Source: Vicugna vicugna
Taxonomy: Eukaryota
Length of the DNA: 64,000 nt
Assembly (NCBI GenBank): GCA_013265495.1
Contig: MU058221.1
Span: 4,156,001 to 4,220,000 of the forward strand
Direction: 5' to 3'
Shown: piece after piece, positions 52,340 through 64,000 of the stretch
Numbering within the stretch: the first letter of the stretch is position 1
How the letters are laid out: each line of letters starts with the position of its first letter
Made by a program: the position numbers and the translations under genes
Notes under the pieces: model-generated
Database searches by the model: none
What the model was told of the DNA's origin: nothing
The model's input: the letters and a program-made list of their open reading frames with translations, nothing else

Positions 52340-53611
52340 TCCAACACTACCTCATCTCTCCCAAGTACAGGAGAGGTCCCAGGAGAGGCGATTCAATAAG
52401 CAAATGATAACTGTTTAAATGACTGTATTTTTATCCTTTTAATCAGCTGTCACCCAGATTCCCTGATGATAAGAATGCCTTGAGACCACAGCATATGTGG
52501 TGTCTCTCTGGAACTGAAACCATTTCAGTCTCAAGAATTAAACTCCACCCAGGTCTGGAAATAGCCAGCAACTTCGTACAGGGAATAAACATTGCATCCA
52601 GAGGTGCTGTTAACGATTGCGGAATTCAGTAAGCACAGAGCTCCAAACACGGCAATAATCCCAGGTAATTAAACATGTGGGCTACTAACCTAGTGCTGTG
52701 TCAGAATTTATATCCGGCCTTATCATTGTAATTAGGGAAGCTAAATTAACCTGCAAAACTCTCGCTCCTCGGTGTAGTAGGAAGGCTTAGCTGAGCTAAT
52801 TAAAATACTATCAGACTTTTGTGCTGTAAAATTCCACTTACAGGTCTGGGACCAGGAAGGGAAGTTCTCTCAGGGCATATGAAAGCCGCCCCTGAGTGAG
52901 AGATTAGCTACCACTTGATACACTGAATCAGCAGGGATGGCCAATCTGGATGCCATGGGAGAAGGTCGATTTGAGAAACTGTTTGAGGAAGAACAGGAGA
53001 GAGATTGCAGATAGGCTGGGATGATCCTGAACACACAAGCTGTTTCCTTGGAACTAAATACCCGTTGTCCCCTTCACTCACCTCTTTGAAGATAGAATTC
53101 ACTGCTCAGAAATGACCATAAACAGGGAACCGTGTGCCTTCTAGTTTTTCAGGGTTCAGACCAGCACGACTTTGACTACCTCGGCGCGCTCTCTCTCGGA
53201 CTCCTTAGCTGTCGCTCCCTCGCCCCCCACTGCTGGGCTGTCTCAGCACTTTAGCTGCAGCGCACGTCGGTTCCCTCCTCGCTTCTACTTTGTGTGGTAT
53301 TGATCCACACGTCTTGTCTCTTACAGACCCGGAGAATATGAACGGGGTCCTGCAGTATCTTTGCGTCTTCGACCACACCACCTAAAAGGGGTTGACAACT
53401 GTTTGCTAAATGGATGCACAAAAAAATTAGCAGCACGTCTGCTTCCTTCTCTTTATAGCCACCTCCCTGCCCACTTAGTAAGCCGTTCTTTTTCTTAGAA
53501 AAAGGAACGAAAACACTATGCTGATCTGTTTTATGTATTGACAACCTAGATTACACTACATCTGAAAACAGGAGTCCACTGTCAAAAGAGACAAAGGCCA
53601 TAAGAGGTCAT

Positions 53612-53953
53612 ATAGATGTGGAATCTAAAAAAAAAAAAATGACATAGTGAACTTACTCACAAGACAGAAACAGACTCTCAGACATAGAAAACAAATCTAT
53701 GATTACCAGGGGGAAAGAGGGAGGGCGGAGGGATATACTGGGAGTTCGGGATTTGCAAATACCAACTACTATATATAAAATAAACAGCAAGGTCCTACTT
53801 TATAGCACAAAGAACTACGTTCAATATCTTGTAGTAGCCCGTAATGAAAAAGAATATGAAAAGAAACACGTGCATTCATGTATAACTGATCACTGTGCTG
53901 TACACCGGAAATGAACACAGCGTTATAAACCGGCTACACTTCAATTTAAAAAA
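53612..53953 (+). mobile_element. L1 3' UTR insertion
   Basis: atgtggaatctaaaa...cagactctcagacatagaaaacaaa...ctacacttcaatttaaaaaaa. Confidence 0.9.
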
Positions 53954-54377
53954 AGAGAGCGAGAAAGGCTTAGAAAATGATTTCGTTTCATTTTGTTGTT
54001 TACCAGTGAGGAAACTGGAGCCCAGGGAGAAAGTCACCACCACACTCACAAGGCTGAGGAATGGCTGAACCCAGACTAGCACTCCTTGATGGGTTTCTGG
54101 TAGACCAGCCTTCAATTCTTTAGGAGCCGTTGTTGTGCTGGAGGTGGAGGCAACAGAGAGGGAGCCGCCGAGGCCATACCCACCCAGGAGTGTTCACTTC
54201 CTATGCGAGGCAGAGAAGGACCCCGACGCGATCAGACCAGCCCACCCTTCCGCAGGCTGTGCGCTCTGCCACCGTGCCCCCGACCCCCGTCGCGCTCGGC
54301 GAAAGCGTGCACGTGTGCCAGGTAGGTCCTGTTACCACAGAACTGCACCCACCAGGAGAGGAACTGCGCCAAGCCGC

Positions 54378-54771
54378 TCTGTTAGTGTGGCTGCCGGACA
54401 CAGTACCGCAGACGGGCTGGCTTACACAGAGGACTCTGTCTCCCTCGTTCTCGAGTCTGAGAGTCTGAGATGGGGGTGCCAGCCTGATCAGCTTCTACTG
54501 AGGACTCTCTTCCAGGCTGGTGGACGGCTGCCTTTTGCCGTGGCTCCACGTGGCAGAGAGAGAGAAGCGGTGAAAGAGAAAGAGAGGTCTCTGGTGGGTC
54601 TTCTCATAAGGGCACTCATCTCATCCTAAGGGTCCCACTCTTGTGCCCTCATCTAAACCTATTGTCTCCTCAAAGCTCCTTCTCCAAATACCATCACACT
54701 GGGAGTTAGGGTTTCAACATATAAATTGGGCGGGGGTGGGGGGGGACACACACACAGTTCAGTCCATAACA
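54378..54771 (-). mobile_element. MLT1A-type MaLR LTR
   Basis: ctcataagggcactcatc...ctccaaataccatcacactgggagttagggtttcaacat...cagtccataaca. Confidence 0.88.
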
Positions 54772-56729
54772 GCCACTCTCAGTCACTTGCTAGGAGGGCC
54801 GAGCTGAGCAAGGACCCGCGCACACTCTAGCAAATAGGGCACGAAGGGAAGCGTGCAGGCGGGGAGCGAGTCTGCATGCAGAGCCTGTGCGGCGGCATCA
54901 GGGTCCCGGATGCTGAAGAGAAGAGGAGGACGGGAGAGCGCTCGCAGTGGTCTCAGTATCGCGTCACCATCCAGCAGAAGTCTGTTTGTTCGCAGAGGTC
55001 CTTGTAGAAGACGCGAAAGCTTCAGTGAGCAAGCCTCCAGATTCAAAAATAGGACCCTTGGTTTGGGGTTCCAGCTCTGATTTTATTCTTAGTTTTGTTC
55101 CCACGGACAAGACACTTCACTTTTTGGGTTCCTGTGCATGGTCCTCTGGAAATAAAGGGCATGTGCTGCCTTCGCTGTCTTACAGGATGGGTATGAGGAC
55201 CAGGCAGGATATTATATGTGAAAATGCTTAATGCACCGCAAGGGACTTTAAAATTGTGGCATGCCCCCCACTAGAAGTATCGAAGAATTTAGCAGAGGGA
55301 GAAGTAATGCACTTAGCATCTTTTCTGATTGGGGTGACTGGTTTCAAACTTAATGCCCAATTCCTTGAAGAGTCAGTGCCCTTGGAAGGTGCCCATGGGC
55401 ACGGCTGCTCTCCTGTTCTTTGTCGTCCATACTTATATGCAACAGGAGCAAAAAGTCCTTTAAAACGAACCTAAGCACATCAGGAAAGCAGCTGCTGCTG
55501 CACTGCAGACTACGGCTCCATCTCTCTGCATAAAAGGAACACCAAGCCTGCTTCAGGCATCTGGGGGACATTCAATGCTTGGTTGGAGATCTGGGCCTTG
55601 CTCCTGGCATTTTGTTGCTGTTGCTGCCTCCTTCTTCCTTTTTCCCTTCCTTCTTTTTGATTTCAAGTGGAATCAGCTTGGTGCTGCTGGTATCCGTGAT
55701 GTGACAAAATAATGATTCACCGCATAGAACTGGGGTGTCCTGCCAGCAACTTGCAGGGGAAATAAATACCAGAGCAATCACGAGGATTATCCTCCCAGCC
55801 AGCGTGATGTGACATAGAACAAACAATTTCACTGCAGGGAGGAAGCGTCCCTCTGGAGTTGGGCAAGTGTGGTCTTCGCTGCTTTCCAGACAGAAACTTT
55901 GTGGACGGGCTTCCAAAGTTCAGATGCGCGTCAGAGGGCCAGAGCGCTAATGAAGCCAGGCAGTGCCTTTTTTTTTTTTCTACTCTTTGAAACATAAAAA
56001 ATAGTCCTCAGAGCTAGATCATTTTAGATGCCTCTTCCAGTGCCTCGTTCTGCTTGCTGAATCACTTTTCTACATCTTGATTTTGCAAAATGAGTCAGCA
56101 CAAATCAAGACTGCTAATATACATTCCGTAGTTTGTGACCACTGTTTGGGGGGAAAATGCACACTGGCATTTCCTCACTTAATGCCACAGAGAAAGTGCT
56201 AAAAACGAAGAAATGTATACATTGCTCTCTGTGTGCCAAGAACTGAGCCAAATGCTTTACATCTATTAGCTTACATAATTCTCACATCACTTCCAGAAAA
56301 CGACTACTGAATTTCTGCATTTAGAACCCAAGATGATCTTAGAGATGAATGCGAGAGCGTCAGTGGGGAAGTGCTTTAGTGGCCCAATGCCACCTCCGCC
56401 TCCCACCCCTGAACCATAATCACTTGTTGTGAAGAATGTGGGGTACCATAATGAATACCATCCCAGGAGAGGGCGTGCCCTTTCGTACCCTTTCATGATG
56501 TATTTTCCCAAATCATCCTTGGTCTTTGGAAATAGTCTCTATCAACTCATTTAGGCTAACAGTCACTGGGCTTAGTTGTCCAAAGTGCTTGCATGTCCAG
56601 GCTTATCTCTGTTAGTGGTAGAAGTCTACTGTGGGTACCCAATACACAAACCAGATTGGTCCAGCTCTTGTGACTGGAACAAGGGTGGGAATCACGATGG
56701 TGGGTGAGAAATCTGAAAGCGATTCTTAA

Positions 56730-56890
56730 GACTCTGTAGAGCGCAGTTAAATCCTATGATTTGGGCCCCATTTTATGGCTGTAAAAGCTGAGAACCACAG
56801 GGAGTAAGCAATCGCCAGGTGAAGAAATGAGTTAGGAAAGGGCTAGGATTGGGGCTCAGTTATCCTGCAAAGCCAGTGCTCTTCCCACTA
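56730..56890 (-). mobile_element. MIR fragment
   Basis: cccattttatggctgtaaaagctgag...gccagtgctcttcccacta. Confidence 0.55.
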
Positions 56891-56899
56891 GATTATAAA

Positions 56900-57560
56900 G
56901 TTGAGCCAAGAGCTGGCGAAGGAAACAGAGAAGGTGGTAATGGAGGGAATAGAAAAGCTCCAGGGGTTATATTTTTAGGGAAACCAAGAGAGGAATGAAT
57001 TTCATGTAGGAAAATTTCAAAGTAGGCTGTAATGTTGCAGGAAACTCAGGGAGGCTAGAGCCTGAAAAAGCAATCACTTGATTTAATGATTCGTTTGATT
57101 AGTCTGGAAATCCTGGAAACCACTGAGAGGGCAATTTTAGAAAAAAAAAATTATGGGACATACACTAAACTGGGGGAGCTGAAACAAGTGCGGGAAACGT
57201 ACATAACAGATTCCCTGACACTACAGAGTAAAGAGGGGGAAACGTCACCTGGTGCACTGGAGTGGATTTTAGGATGGGAGTGACCTCAGAAAGTTTAAGG
57301 ATGAAGAGGGATAGATGGACGATAGAAGAAATCACTGAAGAACAAAATCCTGGGAGCAGTTCGAGAGGATGGGCTCAGGTCAAGATAATAAAGAGTAAAG
57401 ACACAGGAAGAGTCAGAGGTGAAAAGTAAAGAACTTGGAGGAAGTGGCTTGGATTCTACCATCTTCTCAGTGAAGCTGGAGCTAAGGACACCTCTGCACA
57501 GGAGCAGGTAGGAGTGAGGAGGGTGATGGAAACCCTGGATTGTCTGCCGTGGGGATGGAA
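56900..57560 (-). mobile_element. L2 relic
   Basis: Purine-rich; ggaaaccaagagaggaatg...cactgagagggcaatttt...ttctcagtgaagctggagc resembles antisense L2. Confidence 0.5.
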
Positions 57561-57574
57561 GGGAGAGAATTCTT

Positions 57575-57839
57575 TTATTTGTTTGTTTGTTTATTATTTA
57601 TTATATTTTTTATTGACGTATAGTTGACTTACAGTGTTGTGTTAGTCTCAGGTATACAACAAAGTGATTTGGTTTTATATATATACATATGCTCCTTTTA
57701 TAGATTCTTTTCCATTAGAGTTTATTGCAAGATATTGAATATAGTTCCCTGTGCTGTAGGGTAGGTCCTTGTTGTTCATCTATGTTATATGTAGTAGCGT
57801 GTATCTGCTAATCCCAAACTCCTAATTTATTCCTCCCGA
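57575..57839 (-). mobile_element. L1 3' UTR insertion (antisense)
   Basis: gatattgaatatagttccctgtgctg...atcccaaactcctaatttat; perfect TSD ggagagaattctt (57562-57574 and 57840-57852). Confidence 0.92.
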
Positions 57840-59308
57840 GGAGAGAATTCTTAGTAAATTTCATTAGCCATTGAAAGAGATGAAGATGAAAAAGGTGTAG
57901 GAAATTCGAAAATGTAATCTGGGTGACTAATACAAGGTTTTATTTGACTAAGGGGTCTTGATAGCTGTCGTGTTTTTAATCAAGATTTGGTGACAAAATC
58001 ATCAGATGTGGTAAAAACCCAGGCTGGTTAGTACACTGCATAATGCCATGAGGCAAGCTCTAAAATGTTTCTAGCAATACTGAGGGGTAAACCCTTCCAT
58101 CTCCCCTGGCCAAGGGGGGAGTATGAAACTTACATGTATACTCATGCGCGTGCGCACACACGATGAATGATTACTGCTTTAAGTAAACGGTGTAGGAATG
58201 GGAAGAGACAGTAAAGACGGAAGGCACAATTTCCGTTTCTGAGAGACTTTGAGTCCTCTTGGGCAGGCAGAGTCAGCCCTCACTGGGAAATCACTTGGGC
58301 ATTCAGAGCAAGCAATGTGTCAGCCGTAGTGCCAGAGAAAACAGAATAAACCAACTGTCTAAGAGCTGAGCATTTGTACAGAAAGGAGCCATCGTGAACT
58401 GGCAGTAATCACAGAGGCCTCCTGGAGTCTGGATATGAACAAAGAAGCGTTTACGTTCCCACAATTAAGTGTTAATGTTCTTTTCAGCTAGAAATAATTT
58501 AATTTTTTTTTCAGTTCTCTGAAGAAATATAGATAAGAAAGCCTGAAATCCCACACCTGAGGAGTCATTTGAGGTTAATTTATTATAGATGAAACTCATA
58601 TTTTTAAGTAAAAAATGTACTTGTTTATTACATTTACCTCTTGATAAATCAGGCAATGGTGTATTTCTTAAAATTATGGGTCCTTTTACTGTGTATTGTT
58701 AACTGGCCTATACCTCAATAATTTTTGCAGATTTTCTTTCTCTATTTAATCAGGTGATTTGATTTGTACTTAATATAATTACAGTATTTGTCTTCTCCTT
58801 TGTTTGAGGCAAAATTGTAATCATTAGTTCTACTACCTGAGGCTGCTAAATGAATATTTACTAACATAAAAAAAATAAGTCACTAAGAAGGGCGTAATTG
58901 TATCTGAACCAGAAAATTTCCATTTCACACCCATCATCTTTACTTCATTGTGGCTGCTGAACCCAAAATGAATAGGCACAAAAGCCCCAGGGAAACGGAG
59001 AACCGTAACATCATTACATCTTTACAGAAAACAAGTTCCTAAGAACTGAGTGCAGTCAGCATCCGCCTCCTTCCACATGGTCTGCACCCCCCTGCTTGGT
59101 CGCCGCCAACTTGGTTGCGGTCAAGATCAGAGAGTAGGGAAGGCTGATCGTGACTCAAACAAAGAAATGAAAAAGTGGAGTGGGAACAGGGAGGCAGGAG
59201 GCTGTGGTAACGGGTCTCAGTGAGATATATCCCATTGGAAATACAACCTCAATTAACAAAAATTCTTAAAGTTAGTTAAATTGTAAATTCTGAGGAACTT
59301 TTTCTACC

Positions 59309-59732
59309 AGTTAACTGTTCGTGTAAAATTGGCTGGACCGTGGTATCCAGCTTTTTTATTCTGGATGTTTCTGTGAAGGATTTTTTTTTTTGGATGAGAT
59401 TAACATTTAAATTGGTGTATGTACAATAAAGCAGACTACCCTCCACAATGTGGGAGGGTCTCGTGCAATCAGTTGAAGCCCTGAACAGAACAACGGTCAA
59501 CCTCCCCTGAGCAAGAAGGAATCCTGCCAGCAGGCAGCCTTTGGACTCAGACTGCAACTCTCACCTGCATGTCCTGCCTCCCAGGCTGCCCTGCAAATGT
59601 TGAACCTACCAAGTCTCCACAATTGTTAGGGACAATTCCTTAAAATAAATCATGTATGTGTGTGTGTATACATGTATGACACACACACACATTCTGCTAG
59701 TTCTGTTTCTGCAAAGAATCCTGACTAATACA
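59309..59732 (+). mobile_element. MLT2-type ERVL LTR
   Basis: ggatgtttctgtgaagg...gatgagattaacatttaaattggt...cctttggactcagactgcaac...cctgactaataca. Confidence 0.88.
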
Positions 59733-60264
59733 CCAGATTAAACATTGTCTCATTATCATTATTCTCATTATGTTAGTCAGAAAATATTTCCATTTGAACT
59801 GCTTTGAACAAGAGAGTGAGCATGGTATATTTGCAGAGACTTCAGAATCTGAAAATCTGATTATAGTCCACATGATATGGACCAGTGTCACCACATGTCT
59901 CTCTGGAACCTGTTTCCTCTTCTGTAAGATGATGGGGTTCCTCGGAGACCGAAATTCCTTGCCAATGTGGTATTGAATATGTGACACTCTTACTTATTGG
60001 TTAGCCACTCCCAGATAGATTAGCTTTTTCAGTAATAGATCCCTTTCCTTTTCATGAGCAGTAGTAAATTACTGCCCCCCTGATCAGAGTAAAATATATG
60101 CTTTGTTACCATTCTTTACAGTGGCAGGGGGAGGGGAGTGGACTCTAGAAAGTCCTTACCACCTTGGGTCTCTCTGCAGCGTTGCAAACTGCCATCACTC
60201 CTTTGTTGAAGGAATCTTCTTCTCCCTTGTTTTCATCAACATATTTCTTTCTATTTCTGTGCCA

Positions 60265-60910
60265 GGCAGAGGTAACAACTGGAAAAAATATTTACAATAA
60301 ATATGACAAATGTTTGAATTCCCCAATAAGTCAGGAATACAGACAAAGCAGTAAAATCTCACTGGGGCGAAAAACAGGAACAAAAAATTGTCAAATAAGG
60401 AGATTCAGTGGCTGGCAAATATGCAAAAATATTTCGCTCCATAATTAATCCAATGAATACAAATTATAATAGTGTGATGGAGTTTTTCAACCATAAAATT
60501 AGCCAAAGTTTCTCTTATTTTAATTGCACACCTGATATGAGGTTACAGTGAGCCTGATAGGGGTGGTATAAACTGGTATGGCACTTTTAGAAGGCAATTT
60601 GACAGTGTGCATGAGAGACTCATCATATCCAAGTCTCAGAATTCATATCTAGGCACCTTCCTTATGCATTATACATAAATCAGTGTCTATGTAAAGAGGG
60701 ACTTATTACAACATTATGTCAAACAACAGAAAAAGGAAAGACTAGTCAATAATAAGGAAATGGATAATTAAATTATGATACATTCACTTGATTAAAAAAC
60801 TAAGCAGCCATTGAAAGTATGCTTATTAAGAGTTTTTTAATAACATCAGAAAACGTTAACAATATAATGTTAAATAAAACAGAATACAAAGCTGTATTCA
60901 GAATAAATTC
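60265..60910 (+). mobile_element. Old L1ME-type ORF2/3' relic
   Basis: aactggaaaaaatatttacaat...ggtataaactggtatggcacttttagaaggcaatttgacagt...aataaggaaatggataat. Confidence 0.7.
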
Positions 60911-61149
60911 CCCTAGAAGACATTCGCTCCATTGCCAATAAAGCCATGGATGCCTCAGATCTGGTGACAATTCCATGCCTCTTTTCTTATCCAGAAAAGA
61001 TGAATTCAGAGATGTTCCAGGGGAGGTTGGCTGGGAGATGGTGACTTTTTGCAGGGCTGTTGGTGATCCAAGCACGGTACCACATGAGGCTAAGCGTCCA
61101 GTCCTGATTGCCAAGCCCCGCCCCGCCCCGCCACTTGTCTCTAATCTTA

Positions 61150-61315
61150 GGTTTTCCCTTTAAACATTTTTTTGCCTCAGCTTTCTCACTTTCTCATCTA
61201 TGAAAAGGATATATTAATAATGTATCTCCCATATAAGATAATTATGAGAATTCAATAAAATAATTATGGAAATCACATCACAGTGCCTGGCACACTGTAA
61301 GTGTTTAATAATTGC
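61150..61315 (+). mobile_element. MIR SINE
   Basis: gcctcagc...tctcatctatgaaaagg...cagtgcctggcacactgtaagtgtttaata. Confidence 0.7.
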
Positions 61316-63339
61316 TGGTTAATTGCTGGGAAGGTTTGCCTGATGAAATAAAACATAGGTTCCCATGTGTTCCATTAATTAAGTCTAAATTCATTAATAC
61401 TCAACTAATACCATTAATACTCAACTAACTACCTCTTGACATACTCCAGTGTGTTCCATTTCTGGTAAGCTGGCCATAGTAAGGGACATTACATCACGGG
61501 ACTGTGGATCTGAGAGGGGAATGAATGAGGTGATGCCGCTCATTCATACCGCTGCCCCGAGTGCTCGGTACATAGTACAAAATCAATGAAATGTTAGCTT
61601 TAAAAAATAAAGAGCATAGTCTTCAGCTATAATTTCAGTTAAATTAAAGCTTTCTTCATCCATCAGTTGACCAACCAATTTATACTGATTGATTACTGTC
61701 ATCCAGAAATTGTGTCAGTGCAACACGGATTCACACAGTCACAGCTACACGAAGCCACAAAGCAGAAGTCTGTGCCAAGTGCTAAGGGAAATAGATCTCT
61801 TTGTGCCTTACGGAATTTTTTTTCTCCAAATATATCGTTTTCTCTCCACTGTTGCTCCGAAAGAGGCATCATTTTTATCTAGGAAGCTAGAAATAGAGAG
61901 TTTGGCAGACTAATGACAAGAGCGAGGGGAGTTTTAAAAGGATAAATGTGACTTGGGTGATTTGATAGTGATTTCTTTTCAAATTTGGGGAAAAAAGAGT
62001 AACAAGAACAGTAGAGTTTTTAAATTTGTACTTCACTTAAAATGCCACTGTGTGTTTCCTGAAATGTTAATGACAAGATTAGCTCCATGTGGTGTGAAAA
62101 AGAAAGCATCCAAAGGCTCGAACAGGAAGGCACCACAAACCAAAGAGTCCCCAGGGTGTGTTCCAGATTGGAGCAGATACGCGGTGATCTGGAAGCAAGA
62201 GTAAAACGCAAAGGATTATGACTGCAAACGGTAGTGTTTGGGAAACACTATCAACCATGTGGTCGGATGGAAAAGCTTGATTTGAAGATGTCAAAGTGGG
62301 CGTACACAGCAGCACACTGCCGCACTAACCCCGTAACGACTCCTTGAGCCTCGGTGTCTCCCGCTCCTCTCAAACACATACACATAGACGTGGAGACAGA
62401 ATTTTAGGTAAGGAAGATCATGAATGTCCATCCATCTCAACCCGTCTTTAGGACAGAGGAAAAGGAAATGACCTGTGGTTTTCAAAATAAGTAGCAACGT
62501 ATACAGTTTTCAGCGCATCTTCACAGACACACTGACTTTAATATTCACCAAACCATGCGTGTTAGGAAGAGGAACCATTAGCATCCTCTTTAAAGTAGGA
62601 AGCAGAGACACAAAGCAGGAAGAAAATGGAGCTAAAACACAGACCTTGGCCTTTGGGGTACAAAGCTCAGACTCCCCTCCCTTATGGCTATAAAATGAGA
62701 GACTTGGAGGAAAAAAACCACTTTTTGTGATGGTAGACGTCAACATGGTATTATAGACTTTTTGTTTTTGATTAGTCATGTTGTACAGCCATTCAATTAA
62801 ATTAATATTCTCACTTTTGTATTCTTATTTGATAGAAAAGCAATATGCTTACCTGTAGTTGACCACAAGATCTTCCACCAAAACGTAGACAATTATAGTG
62901 ATTTTTGTCATCCTCCCCCCAAAATATTTCCCTAGGGCATCACTTTCTGGCTCCCTTAGTTGCACATCCACCAATGATCCTTGAACTCACTGGTAATCTT
63001 GTTCAGTCACAGATTCTTGTGTTAGTTTATGACTTTTCTCTGAATATTGGAACTATATAGAATAAAAGTAATACTAAACATGGACTTAACTACATATGTT
63101 TAAATAACATGAAACAAGGTTATGTTGTTATAATATGATCTTGGCAAAATCCTTCTACCAAATCATTGATTTCTGGCCGGGTGAATCCTCAAGAAAATAC
63201 CCACTGGACGCTGAAACGTCTGCCAGAGCCATGTGCATTTACTTCCTTAGGGGATCTTAGAATGTCCCTCCTTTCCACCCCCAAGACGTCCTGTAGCATA
63301 AGCTAATTTAGCTGTGTAGCCTCCAGTGGTTTCTCTTTT

Positions 63340-63804
63340 TTTTTTTCTGAGTAAAAGTAGATTTATTAAGAGAAATGTACACGGCAGGGGCAGGGGGTTG
63401 GTTAAAGTAAAGGTAGGCACACACTCCATAGAGTGCGGGCTGTCCTAGAAGGCAAGAGAGAGAGCAACCTCAAGGTGCAGTGTTGCACGTTTTTATATGT
63501 CAACGAGTGAGAGGATTATTCTAGCTACTTTGGGGAAGGGATGGGGGTTCCCAGGAACTGGGCCATCGCCCTCTTTTTGATCTTTCATGGTTAGCCTTGG
63601 AACTGTCATGGCGCCTGTGGGTGCGTCAGTCACCGTGCAAGTACATGACGATGTGTATGATGTAGCTCAAAGTCTGGTCGAAGTCAAACCTCCCACCATC
63701 TTGGGCCTCAGGTTCTATTGGGAGTTGGCTTTTCTGCCATCTTGGTGCTAACTGCTGTGACACCCCTTTATGGGATGTGTTCTGCCCCCTTCCTTCCTGT
63801 CTCA
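63340..63804 (-). mobile_element. MER41-like ERV1 3' LTR
   Basis: ggattattc...ggggaaggg...caggaactgggcc...aactgtcatggcgcctgtggg...ccatcttgg...cctgtctca matches the recalled MER41-family architecture. Confidence 0.75.
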
Positions 63805-64000
63805 TTCCCCTGTCAGAGACTTCACTCCCATAACCTTATGGGGGTGGCGGTCCATCTTCCATAACTGCTTCAGGGCTGAGTAGGGGCATTGAGCCTGCCT
63901 ACCAGGGAGTAAAAACATCTGAGTGCCTAATCTAGGGGCCTCAGGGGCAGGACAGCTTGTTTCTTGAGTCTGAGGGTGGTATGGGCTGGAACCTTCACAA
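63805..64000 (-). mobile_element. ERV internal remnant: PPT and decayed env C-terminus
   Basis: Minus-strand aggggaa precedes TGAGAC; the minus strand gives FQPIPPSDS..., then after a frameshift VLPLRPLD*, resembling ERV1 env cytoplasmic tails. Confidence 0.65.

Noticed and set aside
61115..61132. Triple GC box (gccccgccccgccccgcc) as a promoter
   Set aside because: No CpG island or other promoter context; lies between L1 and MIR relics
61392..61428. 20-bp-period direct duplication cattaatactcaactaa
   Set aside because: Ordinary slippage duplication
62846..62935. Minus-strand exon ending at a CAG/GTAAGC donor
   Set aside because: Donor is good, but the translations are unrecognised and no partner exons are evident; needs RNA-seq
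1..64000. ORFs of 60-180 aa in the supplied track as protein-coding genes
   Set aside because: None resembles a protein family I recognise apart from L1 ORF2 remnants; many start at non-ATG codons, overlap repeats, and have lengths expected by chance

Overview
Mammalian non-coding DNA (intergenic or deep intronic), very probably from a camelid (alpaca, llama or camel), because it carries three copies of a tRNA-derived SINE matching the camelid Vic-1 family. I found no protein-coding gene, rRNA, true tRNA or CRISPR array. The only protein-like ORFs are decayed LINE-1 ORF2 pieces and an ERV env tail. The window is a mosaic of L1 fragments (several with TSDs), Vic-1 SINEs, MIR/L2 relics, DNA transposons (Tigger1, MER20, a hAT-Charlie element), about ten LTRs, and a 507-N assembly gap. 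The most notable structures are: a 576-bp near-identical tandem duplication of an ERV 3' end; a MER41-like LTR with altered tandem GAS sites; an L1 3' transduction; two twin-primed L1s; patches where repeats look strongly shifted from A/T to G/C (possible recombination-hotspot footprints); and two unexplained inverted repeats. I see no convincing evidence for a new biological system. Repeat family names come from recalled consensus sequences and need RepeatMasker/Dfam confirmation.
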